Shown: positions 51,053-60,319 of the stretch, piece after piece
Position numbering within the stretch: the stretch's first letter is position 1
Layout of the letters: each line of letters opens with the position of its first letter
Assembly (NCBI GenBank): GCA_049472395.1
Contig: JBLIRR010000001.1
Span: forward strand, 197,940-261,939
Origin: a bacterium
Lineage (GTDB): Bacteria > SZUA-182 > DTGQ01 > JBLIRR01
Length of the DNA: 64,000 bases
Direction of reading: 5' to 3'
Notes under the pieces: model-generated
What the model saw: only the letters and a program-made list of their open reading frames with translations
Database searches by the model: none
Told to the model about the DNA's origin: nothing
Position numbers and translations under genes: made by a program

Positions 51053-52165
51053 TCAATATTTTTTTAAATTAAAAAGGCCCATTAAATAATTATAATCCAA
51101 TATATTCTCCTGCTTATTGGTAATAATTAAATCAATGCTTTCAAAGGCCTTTGCCTGTTCGAGGGCTACGCGAATTTCAGAGCCGACAGTCATATAGGCA
51201 TCATTCACAAGCTTTTCTTTATAAGCCTGAGCCAACGCTACTTCTCTGTCCCCATCAGAATATTTTATCCTCTTATAACGCTCAATATCTGCCTCTTTTT
51301 CGAGCTTATAGGCTGCTCCTTCTTTTAATTTTACTTCCTTGTCCGCCTCCCCCTTTTTTTTCATCTTTTCATATTCTGCTTTTTCTTTCTGTGCCGCGGT
51401 TTTAGCTATGTTCGTCAATTTTAATTGATCCTCCAATTTCATGCCTTTCAATTGACGATCATATTCAGGTGAATATTTAATATACCTGACGAGCGTATCC
51501 TTAATCTCAATCCCCTTCGGCTTAAGCTCCTCATGCAAAAGATCCTTTAACCGTCTTGATTGGGCATAGCGCAGTTTGGAATCATAAAACTGCTCAGAGG
51601 AAAATTCTCCCAGCACTTTTTTGATAAAGGGCTCTGCCTTTGGAATAATACCATTGTCCCAGATTTCCTTTCCAGGGCCTAAGGTTGTGATTGCAAGATA
51701 TGGATTATCAATTCTGAATAAAATTGATACATCCGCGTACACATAAAATCCATCGCTCGTTTCAATCCTCACCGCCGATTCCTTGCGGGTTGCCACTCTT
51801 CCCAATGCAGTATAATCACGCCTCTCATTTGTAATATCAAGCAATAGCAGATGTCTCGGGAGCTTATGCATTATTTCAAGACCAAAAGGTGCGAGAAGAT
51901 GAAGCCCTGCTTCGTATGCTTTTTCATTCATCCCCCGTTTCCCAAAAATCGGGACCTTTACCTCCTTAACACCCCATTCATATGGTTTGATATATACTGT
52001 AAAACTATTATAAAGAACCCATAAAAAAAGAATGACAATTATCACTATGATGAAAATATGTCTGCCTGCCCCGGGAAGGAGCTTATCAACTATCTCTTGG
52101 AAATCTTTCCCACCACCGGAATTATTTCTTTGTCCAAAAGGTACATTAGGCATTTTTTTAGGCAT
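51053..52165 (-). CDS. SPFH/band-7 domain membrane protein (HflK-like)
   Basis: N-terminal TM helix, an SPFH core and a C-terminal coiled coil. It is paired with the upstream SPFH gene. Confidence 0.7.
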   Translation of the reverse strand: MPKKMPNVPFGQRNNSGGGKDFQEIVDKLLPGAGRHIFIIVIIVILFLWVLYNSFTVYIKPYEWGVKEVKVPIFGKRGMNEKAYEAGLHLLAPFGLEIMHKLPRHLLLLDITNERRDYTALGRVATRKESAVRIETSDGFYVYADVSILFRIDNPYLAITTLGPGKEIWDNGIIPKAEPFIKKVLGEFSSEQFYDSKLRYAQSRRLKDLLHEELKPKGIEIKDTLVRYIKYSPEYDRQLKGMKLEDQLKLTNIAKTAAQKEKAEYEKMKKKGEADKEVKLKEGAAYKLEKEADIERYKRIKYSDGDREVALAQAYKEKLVNDAYMTVGSEIRVALEQAKAFESIDLIITNKQENILDYNYLMGLFNLKKY

Positions 52166-52258
52166 TTTTCCTCCTCCTTATAAAATTAAATTCCCGTATA
52201 GTAGTAGTTACGCATACAATATCATAAATAAGATCATATATAAACACACAATATTTCC

Positions 52259-52378
52259 CAGGGCAATCGCATGAAAAATTTTAAGTATTCGTTCACAGGT
52301 CCGAAGTTCAAAGTGTATACGCGCTAAGTTGTTTTTATCCAGAAGGGACTTTAAAAAATATTTTCATGCGATTGCCCT
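52259..52378. repeat. 19-bp perfect inverted repeat separated by 82 nt (CAGGGCAATCGCATGAAAA ... TTTTCATGCGATTGCCCTG)
   Basis: Read directly from the sequence. Arms at 52259-52277 and 52360-52378. It lies between the Gly/Tyr-rich protein gene and the SPFH operon start. Confidence 0.5.
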
Positions 52379-52500
52379 GTTTCGTAAGGTCAATTAATGC
52401 GCTAATTGATTATAATTTGGAGAATAAAAGAATTGGATAGGATGGGATGTTATGGGACAATAAAAGGGCAAGAAATTATTCAATTTTTTTGGCATGGACT

Positions 52501-52556
52501 ATAAAAAATGACAAAGGGGAACAAGAAAAGCACATTCTTATTCTTATTCCCCTTTC
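52501..52556 (-). terminator. intrinsic terminator candidate downstream of the Gly/Tyr-rich protein gene
   Basis: Minus-strand GAAAGGGGAA-loop-TTCCCCTTTG followed by TCATTTTTTAT. Confidence 0.45.
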
Positions 52557-52616
52557 TTTACTGCGATAAAGAACTCTTTTTATATGCTATAAATATCCAT
52601 CTAAACCGTCGTGGTA

Positions 52617-53516
52617 TTAAAGAACGCCTGTTGCGGTCGTAATTGGTGCGGTCGTAACTGGTGCGACAGGGGTAGTATCAACAACAGGTGCTGTTACTGG
52701 ACTTGTTGTTCCCAATCCAAGGAGGGAATACCATGGACTCATCATTCCCATTCCATACATTCCACCCATACCATAAAGGCCACCATAGCCATACATATTA
52801 CCGTAGCCACCAAATGGTGAGGTGAGCGTTGAGGTATCCAGCGTACCCCACCACGGATAGTGGCTACCAAACATGCCGCCCATACCATAGGGAGAGGTAA
52901 GAGACGTAGTATCTAGGCCGCTCGGAGTATACCAGCGTCCAAACATGCCACCCATCCCGTAGGGATTGGTGAGAGTTGTCGTGTCTACTGTACCCGTGCT
53001 GGTAGGCGAATACCATCTTCCGAACATACCGCCCATACCGTAGGGAGAGGTAAGAGTTGTCGTGTCTACTGTACCCGTGCCGGTAGGCGAATACCATCTT
53101 CCGAACATACCGCCCATCCCATAGAGGGAGCTAAGAGTCGTGGTGTCTATTGTGCTTGTATCAGTAGGCGCATACAACCGGCCAAACATACCACCCATGC
53201 CATAGGGGTAACTGAGGCTTGTTGTATCTAAACTACCTGGATAATATCCGCCAAACATCCCTCCCATACCGAAAAGGCCTGCACCATAACCGCCATAGCC
53301 ACCATAGCCACCGTAACCACCGTAACCGCCAAGGCCACCCGTAAATGGTCTATAACCATACATTCCAGTATTTTGCACTCCATACCCCCCCATTAGTCCT
53401 AGTCCATACATATTGCCTGAAAAGAATTGGGCTTGGCTCTTAGGAGCAGATACAATTACAAATGAAATGATAAGCAGCACTGAAAATAAAATTTTAAAAT
53501 ACTCTCTCTTTAACAT
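52617..53516 (-). CDS. secreted Gly/Tyr/Met-rich repetitive protein (signal peptide, GYGGYGGYGG block, about six 27-aa repeats DTTTLTSPYGMGGMFGRWYSPT.TGTV, and a Thr/Pro/Val-rich tail)
   Basis: Signal peptide ending SQA. Shine-Dalgarno GAAGGAAGG. Strong periodicity at both the protein and nucleotide level. The alternative-frame ORF 52864..53097 is a shadow of the repeats. Confidence 0.6.
   Translation of the reverse strand: MLKREYFKILFSVLLIISFVIVSAPKSQAQFFSGNMYGLGLMGGYGVQNTGMYGYRPFTGGLGGYGGYGGYGGYGGYGAGLFGMGGMFGGYYPGSLDTTSLSYPYGMGGMFGRLYAPTDTSTIDTTTLSSLYGMGGMFGRWYSPTGTGTVDTTTLTSPYGMGGMFGRWYSPTSTGTVDTTTLTNPYGMGGMFGRWYTPSGLDTTSLTSPYGMGGMFGSHYPWWGTLDTSTLTSPFGGYGNMYGYGGLYGMGGMYGMGMMSPWYSLLGLGTTSPVTAPVVDTTPVAPVTTAPITTATGVL
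52975..53136. repeat. two near-identical 81-bp tandem copies inside the Gly/Tyr-rich gene, flanked by more degenerate copies (about 52800-53235)
   Basis: Copy 1 at 52975-53055 and copy 2 at 53056-53136 differ at only a few positions. Confidence 0.8.
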
Positions 53517-53796
53517 AACTCACTATCCTTCCTTCTAAACTTCTTACTTATTTTCTTAAAATTACATAAAACTATGCTGAAAATAAATTCAGACTGTGAA
53601 AAACCTTTCTTAATCCATCACCTCTCTTTGCTTGTTTTCTATGGTTAATATTTTCTTAATTTAGTATATCATTTTAATAGACACTCTCTTTATTATATTT
53701 CTTTCATTCTATATTTCAACTCGCACACTTAAGTTCCGGTAATTCTGATTTTGGAGGGATATCACGCAGTTCGTGGGCTCTGATTATATAACCATC

Positions 53797-53842
53797 AAAA
53801 CTAAAATTGCTGCATCATGAAAAATATTTTTGACGCAGCATT
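53797..53842 (-). terminator. intrinsic terminator candidate downstream of the 993-aa protein gene
   Basis: Minus-strand AATGCTGCGTCA-AAAATATTTTT-CATGATGCAGCAATT extended palindrome followed by TTTAGTTTTGATGG. Confidence 0.45.
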
Positions 53843-53851
53843 GGGTATTAT

Positions 53852-56833
53852 TTACAATGTGAGCCCAAAGTAAATACTATAGGATGGATAATCCTCACTA
53901 TTCTCTATTTTTCCTAGCGGGATAGCACCTTTTAAATATACATGACTTAACCGATTCGGCCAATAATAGAAGGAATATCGTAGTGATCCTTCAGCAGATA
54001 TAAGCGTATCTTGGATATCATCATAATGTTTTAAATCACCAACCTCTATCTTAACTCCCGCGCTCATCCTTTCAAACCAGGAAACTTTATTACATACTGA
54101 AATAAAGGGATTAAACCGTAATTCCGCATACGCTCGAAATAATTGCCGCGCATATATGCTCCCATATGAATACCCGCTGAACATCTCTTCATGGCCTAAA
54201 ATTTCATACATAAATAGAGGTCCTTTGTGTGAGCGTATCTTTGTGAAATAAGAGAATCCATCCGTACCAAATCGCAGTGACATCCTCCTGTCAAAGAACA
54301 CTGCATTTTTCCCTAGGCCAAAATGTATTTTGGGCACACTACATGGCTTATAAAGAAACATGCTTTCTTTATATGACGAAAAACCAGGATATCTATTATT
54401 ATAAAGATCGATACCTGCATTGGCTTTAAAACTTGGTTGACCAAGTGTTCCAGGATCGAATGTGCTTCGCCCTGTATAGTGGAGCCAATCAAAACTCCAA
54501 TGATCACATTTATAGATAATACCATCATTCCTGCTCAGAATGCCGGTACCCGATTCACTATAGACCAGGGTGGGATCTGTGAGGGTATATTTGCTTTTTC
54601 GTGTGCGCCATTCATAACTATATGCAGCAGTAAGAATATCATCTTGGCAAAGATTGTATTGTGCACTTGTCTTCAGCTCCGTACTGTCATACATTTCAGC
54701 AATATACATCTCTATACTATCATTATACATATACACAATTTCATTAAAAAATTTTTGTAAAGAAACCTCTTCTTTTACAGAAAATTTCCAGATATCACAT
54801 TCACCCCACACTGTAGCAGACGGATAGATTTCCGGCACTGTTTTATACCCGAATAATCTGTTTATATTCAGGTTAAGCCCAGATTTAAAATTCCCGGGTG
54901 CATTATCCAAAAAAAATGTTCCGCCGAGAATCAGCTGGTTTTTGCTGTCAACGATTTCATCAGTAAAAGGTCGATATCTTATTTTATTAAAGCCTATAAA
55001 ATATTGGGGCATTGACACCATATTCGATTCGACCTCTCTGCTTTGAGGAGTATCAGCCAAAGCAGCTGTAACTTTCGATCTGGCCTCAACGGGCTTTATC
55101 CTGTCGGAAATAATAATGGGGCGCTCTTTTGAAAAAGGATTATTAAGTTTATATATGGTAAAACAGCCATCCTCATATACTGAACATGTCACAGTGCTCA
55201 TATTATTCTTATTGTCAATGCATGGATATCGCACCCCACCTCCCACATCAGTTATTTTATACCAGGTATTCTCATCTTCCTTCATATTGCACCAGTAAAG
55301 CTGTGGAGTTCCATCGAGAGTACTGACAAATAGAAGTCGGTCTGATCCAGCATATATACAATCAATAATATACGCATCTAAATTCTCCCAGAGGATATCG
55401 AATGAATCCTCTTTTAAAATGCCTGCTTTTACTTTACCCTCAGTTCCAATTGATATTACTGCTGATTGTGGTGTAATTTGTGAGATTTTATACACTCCCT
55501 GGCCATAATCAAATATCTTTAAGGTTTGAGGCGAAGATTTATTGGGATCCTGTAACACAATTTTGGTTTTCCCATTATTATATGACGCATACATAAGGTG
55601 ATTGTCATACACATCAAAGGCTATGCATCGTTTATCAGTTGTTGCCCGCTCAGGCTCGCCATCTTTATTTAATTTGAAAATATCATATCTTACACCACTT
55701 GAGAGTCTGCTGTTAACCCGTTTATTAAACCAAATTGTATTGGTAACAGAATCTTGCGTAAGGACCATGCCAACATCCTCTATTACCTTCTTAATATTCT
55801 TTTTATCCTCAGACATAATCATAAGATCATACCTGTTGTAATCATGCCTCCAATTGGCAATGGTATACATGCCTTCATCAACCGTGGCGACTTCAAAATT
55901 CATGAGCCGCTTTTTTCTCTCAAACAGAGGACTCCCATCTATCAGGTGATCCTTTTGGGGGTATTTGATCTTTAAGGTTTCTCTCCAATCTTCATATATC
56001 TGCTCAATAGTCTTGCCATAATGGGAAATAATCGCCTTCTCAAATCGCTCTTTTCGAATGAGACGACAAAGATCCTTAATGGATTTTTGAGGATAGTTAT
56101 GTACAAGGTAGAGCAGCAAATCAAAACCTTGATTATAGGCAAGCTCGGATTCTCTGGAACTTCCTTCAAAGCGTGCCATTTCATCAATGGTGAGAAGCCT
56201 GTTATGATAAAATGAATCCCTTAACAGCATTTCTCTAAAAGGATCCCGATACTCCGCCTTAAATTCATATGAACCCAATTGTGCGATACCTTCCACAAAC
56301 CATATAGGTAGCGCATTATGCTGATACTCGACAATCGACATCACGTTTTCTCCCTTAGGTTCAGAATAGTTTAACAGGCTGAGAGCAACAAGCATTGAGG
56401 ATTGTAATACTCGAAGAGAATAAATATGGGATAATTCATGAGACACAATTGTCCTGAGCCATTCATTTTCCCCGCGCATAAACATATCCGCTTTCCGGCA
56501 CTCTATGACCACGAGAGAATTATATCTATTTGCGCTTCCATTTATATAATCATTATTATTTTTTATAACGATCGCTATTTTTTTTTCATTAATATCATAT
56601 CCAAAATAATCCGCGAGCGTGTGGGCTGTCTCTTCAGCAATATCTAGGGTCATAAGGGCCAAATCTTTGTTTTTCTCCTTATATGAAATTTTAAAATGGT
56701 CGCTCTCAAGATGCTCCCATGTATTGAAAAGTTTACTACTTGCGACATTCGGTATAAGTGAGCATAGTATCATCCACCACACTATTCTCATTTTGAATGA
56801 TCTTTTTAAGGTAGCAGGCATATTTTTACTCAT
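53852..56833 (-). CDS. large secreted or outer-membrane protein with an N-terminal HExxH region, a beta-propeller-like (TolB/WD40-like) middle and a beta-barrel-like C-terminus (hypothetical)
   Basis: Signal-like N-terminus (RIVWWMILCSLIPNVASS), HELSHIY motif, repeated beta-strand-rich segments and a C-terminus rich in alternating aromatic residues (YSIYFGLTL). Confidence 0.55.
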   Translation of the reverse strand: MSKNMPATLKRSFKMRIVWWMILCSLIPNVASSKLFNTWEHLESDHFKISYKEKNKDLALMTLDIAEETAHTLADYFGYDINEKKIAIVIKNNNDYINGSANRYNSLVVIECRKADMFMRGENEWLRTIVSHELSHIYSLRVLQSSMLVALSLLNYSEPKGENVMSIVEYQHNALPIWFVEGIAQLGSYEFKAEYRDPFREMLLRDSFYHNRLLTIDEMARFEGSSRESELAYNQGFDLLLYLVHNYPQKSIKDLCRLIRKERFEKAIISHYGKTIEQIYEDWRETLKIKYPQKDHLIDGSPLFERKKRLMNFEVATVDEGMYTIANWRHDYNRYDLMIMSEDKKNIKKVIEDVGMVLTQDSVTNTIWFNKRVNSRLSSGVRYDIFKLNKDGEPERATTDKRCIAFDVYDNHLMYASYNNGKTKIVLQDPNKSSPQTLKIFDYGQGVYKISQITPQSAVISIGTEGKVKAGILKEDSFDILWENLDAYIIDCIYAGSDRLLFVSTLDGTPQLYWCNMKEDENTWYKITDVGGGVRYPCIDNKNNMSTVTCSVYEDGCFTIYKLNNPFSKERPIIISDRIKPVEARSKVTAALADTPQSREVESNMVSMPQYFIGFNKIRYRPFTDEIVDSKNQLILGGTFFLDNAPGNFKSGLNLNINRLFGYKTVPEIYPSATVWGECDIWKFSVKEEVSLQKFFNEIVYMYNDSIEMYIAEMYDSTELKTSAQYNLCQDDILTAAYSYEWRTRKSKYTLTDPTLVYSESGTGILSRNDGIIYKCDHWSFDWLHYTGRSTFDPGTLGQPSFKANAGIDLYNNRYPGFSSYKESMFLYKPCSVPKIHFGLGKNAVFFDRRMSLRFGTDGFSYFTKIRSHKGPLFMYEILGHEEMFSGYSYGSIYARQLFRAYAELRFNPFISVCNKVSWFERMSAGVKIEVGDLKHYDDIQDTLISAEGSLRYSFYYWPNRLSHVYLKGAIPLGKIENSEDYPSYSIYFGLTL

Positions 56834-56895
56834 TTTCCTTTTAGATGTTACTATTGGGCTAGATAATAATTATGTGCCATCAGATAATTTAGAAT

Positions 56896-56911
56896 TGCAA
56901 CAACTATACCA
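56896..56911 (-). promoter_or_regulatory. sigma-54 (-24/-12) promoter candidate upstream of the 993-aa protein gene
   Basis: Minus-strand TGGTATAGTTGTTGCA matches TGG-N8-TTGCA (consensus TGGCAC-N5-TTGCA) about 63 nt upstream of the start codon. Confidence 0.45.
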
Positions 56912-57032
56912 TTAATAATATTCTTAGATGCTTTATTTCATTGAGATCAGGGGGCTTCACTCACACCTCATCAGAAATAAGCACTCAGATTGAACATCCT
57001 GCGCTCTTTAGTGATCAAAAGATGAGCTTCTA

Positions 57033-57093
57033 TAAAATAAAAAAAGGTATCAGCCTTACTTAGGGAATGAGAACCCTAAGTAAGCATGATACC
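57033..57093 (-). terminator. strong intrinsic terminator candidate downstream of EF-hand paralog A
   Basis: Minus-strand GGTATCATGCTTACTTAGGG-TTCTCATT-CCCTAAGTAAGGCTGATACC (about 18/20 bp stem) followed by TTTTTTTTATTTTAT. Confidence 0.55.
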
Positions 57094-57119
57094 CTTAATT
57101 TATCAGAGATTTTAACTCT

Positions 57120-58445
57120 CTATAGACTATTAATAAAACACGTATTGTTCTCTGGACCAGATTGTGTCTGAACAGGTTCTATCTGCATTGTATCGGCTGC
57201 ATTGCCTGCTGATGCAGCTTCATTACTACTGTTGCTCTCAAATACAAACTGGTATACGAGGGAATGAGCTCCATCACCCACTGCATCAACCTCAGCGACA
57301 TACACTACTCCATTTGTCCAATCATCAGCATCAGGATCTGCTTTTTGCATATTAATCTTTTCACCCGGATCATCAAAATCAGCTTCGTTCCATGTAATTA
57401 TCCCATCATTATTAAGATCTACAGAGTCATAATTTAAGTCTACCCATAGCTGTGATACTGCCGGTGGTGCATTCGCCTGATCATCAACCGGATACACATA
57501 TCGAACCCTGAAGATGAAATGATTATCTCCCTCATTTATCAACGTAGGATACACAGCTTCCAATTTAAAATCTGCAAATTCACCAGCAGAATTCTCTGCA
57601 CCGTTTAACGCTGACAAATCCAGGGTTTCTCCAGTAAAACTGAGGCTCCCGGTAATCTCAGGATCAGCACCAATATATTGAATATCTAATTGTGGCCTTA
57701 AATTTTTATCATCAACATCTGAGGTATAGTATTCTATATACTCGTCTCCGTCAAAGCTCACTTCCTCTGCTGTTCTTGAACTTATCAGGGTTATTTTGGT
57801 GAATTCCCCAGGTTTAATGATATCATAAGGTCTTACTATTTCAATCACATTTGCCTGACCAACCTCAAACTCACCGGAGCTTATTGCACCATGTTCGGAT
57901 CCGGTAATCGCACCCCATTCAATATTCCAGAGGGGCTCCTCCCAATCCGATTCATAGATCCCGATATTGAATTGACCATCATTATCAATATTCTTTTCTT
58001 TTCCATAAAGAGTCAAGCTGGCAGATGTGACGATCGCATCATAAGGAAGAGATGTGGTATCAAAACTCATATATCCCTTAAAGATGGAAAATGAACCATC
58101 ATAGATCTGCCCTACTTTGGCTGTTTCTGCTGCAACTGTGGTGGTAAAGGTATTACCCTTACTTGAACCACTAACATCAGGCACGCCATCTATTGCTCCA
58201 CGTGCACCTTTTTTACTGCCGCCACTTCCAGCAAACGCCCTGTTCCCACCACCATAAGCACCTGAGCCCTTTATATTTTTATCTCCTGTAGAAAAAGTTC
58301 CAAGTGCAGTACTTTTTGATTTCATTTCCCCTGAGGAAGTGGTTGGACCAAGTGTTATAGATGCTGCATCAGTTATATTTGGCATAATAAAGAACATGCC
58401 TACCATTAAACTTATAATAGCAAAAATACATAAATATCTCTTCAT
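57120..58445 (-). CDS. secreted hypothetical protein with a canonical EF-hand Ca-binding loop (paralog A)
   Basis: Signal peptide MKRYLCIFAIISLMVGMFFIMPNITDA. Gly/Ser-rich N-terminal region. DLNNDGIITWNE fits the 12-residue EF-hand loop. About 60 percent identical to the next gene. Confidence 0.6.
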   Translation of the reverse strand: MKRYLCIFAIISLMVGMFFIMPNITDAASITLGPTTSSGEMKSKSTALGTFSTGDKNIKGSGAYGGGNRAFAGSGGSKKGARGAIDGVPDVSGSSKGNTFTTTVAAETAKVGQIYDGSFSIFKGYMSFDTTSLPYDAIVTSASLTLYGKEKNIDNDGQFNIGIYESDWEEPLWNIEWGAITGSEHGAISSGEFEVGQANVIEIVRPYDIIKPGEFTKITLISSRTAEEVSFDGDEYIEYYTSDVDDKNLRPQLDIQYIGADPEITGSLSFTGETLDLSALNGAENSAGEFADFKLEAVYPTLINEGDNHFIFRVRYVYPVDDQANAPPAVSQLWVDLNYDSVDLNNDGIITWNEADFDDPGEKINMQKADPDADDWTNGVVYVAEVDAVGDGAHSLVYQFVFESNSSNEAASAGNAADTMQIEPVQTQSGPENNTCFINSL

Positions 58446-58725
58446 GAGCCTATTTATACCTCCCTTTGCATCATGGCTTACATCAATAATAAACCTTTAA
58501 TTAAATTAACTTCTTCTCTCAAACATCCGTACTGATATATTGTGAGCATCTTCTTACATAGTGTCTAAATGCTATTCTTTAACCTCTTCCCCATCGCTCT
58601 TCTTGAATAGTGCTTGTTATATATTCTTGATTATCATACCCCCTTCTCTTTAATTTATTGTTTATGATGCGAGACAATCCTGTCTCTTAATTCCCCCCGT
58701 GTGTACTTTGCTTATTTATATATCA

Positions 58726-58741
58726 TGCAAATATCATTCCT
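58726..58741 (-). promoter_or_regulatory. sigma-54 (-24/-12) promoter candidate upstream of paralog A
   Basis: Minus-strand AGGAATGATATTTGCA (AGG-N8-TTGCA), about 282 nt upstream of the start, implying a roughly 270-nt leader. Confidence 0.4.
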
Positions 58742-58800
58742 CTATCCATTTAATGTTTATCTGTTAAGAATAAAGAGTCTGTGACTGAACATATTCTCCT

Positions 58801-60180
58801 CTATTGATTTAAAGTATAATTTTTAGACATCTGTTCATATACACTATTAATAAAACATGTACTACCCTTAGAACCGGCATTTGCTTGAACCGGCGCTATC
58901 TGCATAATTTCAGCAGCATTTCCTACTAACGCGCGCGCTTTAGTGGCGCTGCTATCTTCAAATACAAATTGAAACACCAAAGGATGCACTCCGTCACCCA
59001 CCACTTCAACCTCGGCTTGATAAATTACTCCGTTTGTCCAATCATCAGAATCAGGGTCGGTTTTATACATGTCAATTTTCTCACCACTATCATCGAAATC
59101 AGCTTCATTCGAGTCTATATTGCCATCAGAATTCTCATCCATAGAATCATAATTTAAATCTACCCATACCTGGGAAAGACTTGGGGGCGCATCAGAAAAA
59201 TTATCGAATGGATAAATATATCGCACCCGAAATATTACATGATTATCTCCTTTATTTATGAGAGTAGGATACGCTGCCTCCAATTTAAAATCCGCCATCT
59301 CATCATCTCCAAATTCTTCCGTCTTAGTGAGATCTGCCAATTCTATTGTCTCTCCCGTAAAACTAAGGCTTGGCGCAATAGAAGGATCATCGCCAATCCA
59401 CACAACATCTAACTGCGGACGTAGAGTGGGATTTGCTGCATCTGAGGTATAATACACGATATATTCATCTCCGTTGATGTTCTGGGACTCTTCAACTGTT
59501 CTTGAGCTCACCAAGGTTATTTTGGTAATTTCTCGAGGTTTGATAATATCAAAGGGTCTTGTGATAGTAATCTCATTGGGTTGACCATCAACCTTAAATT
59601 CACTGACACTTATTTGCCCGTGTTCAGATCCGCTTATGGCTCCCCATTCAATATTCCAGAGGGGTTCCTCCCAATTCGATTCATAGACACCGATTCCAAA
59701 TTCAATTTCATTATCATTATGCTTTTCTTTTCCATATATAATCAAGGTCGCTGAGGTAATAATGGCATTGTAAGGAATAGAGGTAGTGTCAAAACTCATA
59801 TAACCCTTGAAGATCGAATACGATCCGTCATACGTTTGACCTACTTTTGCCGTATCTGCTGACACTGTGGTGGTAAAAACATTACCCTTACTGGTACCAT
59901 TTGCACTAATGTCGGGCACACCATCAAGTGCGCCACGCGCTCCGTATTTACTCCCCCCAAAACCTGAATAGGCCCTGCTTCCCCCTCCATAGGCATAACT
60001 GCCTTTTATTTCCTTATTCCCCGTGGAAAAACTCCCTAATAATGAACTTCGTGATTCCATGTACCCAGAGCTTGCGGATGACCTGATTCCCTTAAGAGAC
60101 GCTGCATATATTGTTTGTGGAGTATAAAGGAGTAGTCCTCCTATAACACCTATGAGAGTAAAAATACATAGATATTTCAT
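58801..60180 (-). CDS. secreted hypothetical protein with a canonical EF-hand Ca-binding loop (paralog B)
   Basis: The likely start is ATG at 60178-60180 (MKYLCIFTLIGVIGG...) preceded by GAAGGGGAG; the track ORF begins at a TTG at 60201. DENSDGNIDSNE fits the EF-hand loop. It shares high nucleotide identity with paralog A over long stretches. Confidence 0.6.
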   Translation of the reverse strand: MKYLCIFTLIGVIGGLLLYTPQTIYAASLKGIRSSASSGYMESRSSLLGSFSTGNKEIKGSYAYGGGSRAYSGFGGSKYGARGALDGVPDISANGTSKGNVFTTTVSADTAKVGQTYDGSYSIFKGYMSFDTTSIPYNAIITSATLIIYGKEKHNDNEIEFGIGVYESNWEEPLWNIEWGAISGSEHGQISVSEFKVDGQPNEITITRPFDIIKPREITKITLVSSRTVEESQNINGDEYIVYYTSDAANPTLRPQLDVVWIGDDPSIAPSLSFTGETIELADLTKTEEFGDDEMADFKLEAAYPTLINKGDNHVIFRVRYIYPFDNFSDAPPSLSQVWVDLNYDSMDENSDGNIDSNEADFDDSGEKIDMYKTDPDSDDWTNGVIYQAEVEVVGDGVHPLVFQFVFEDSSATKARALVGNAAEIMQIAPVQANAGSKGSTCFINSVYEQMSKNYTLNQ

Positions 60181-60319
60181 ATAATTTTGTCTCCCCTTCA
60201 AGATATTTATGTGATTAAATACATAGTAGGCTTACTGTATACTCTTATAAATGAATAAAACTCCTCCTTTTTTTATGGATTATTTCCAATTTTCCATGGC
60301 CCGTTTTGATATTAATTAC

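Noticed and set aside
52864-53097. 77-aa minus-strand ORF in an alternative frame inside the Gly/Tyr-rich gene, with its own internal repeats.
   Set aside because: It is an out-of-frame shadow of the 81-bp tandem repeats. The primary frame has a signal peptide and a Shine-Dalgarno, and this one does not.
56861-56880. A second TGGCAC hexamer (perfect -24 element) on the minus strand just downstream of the sigma-54 candidate for the 993-aa gene.
   Set aside because: No TTGC(A/T) -12 element at the required 4-5 nt spacing (it reads TGGCAC-ATAAT-TATTA). The neighbouring TGG-N8-TTGCA site is the better candidate.
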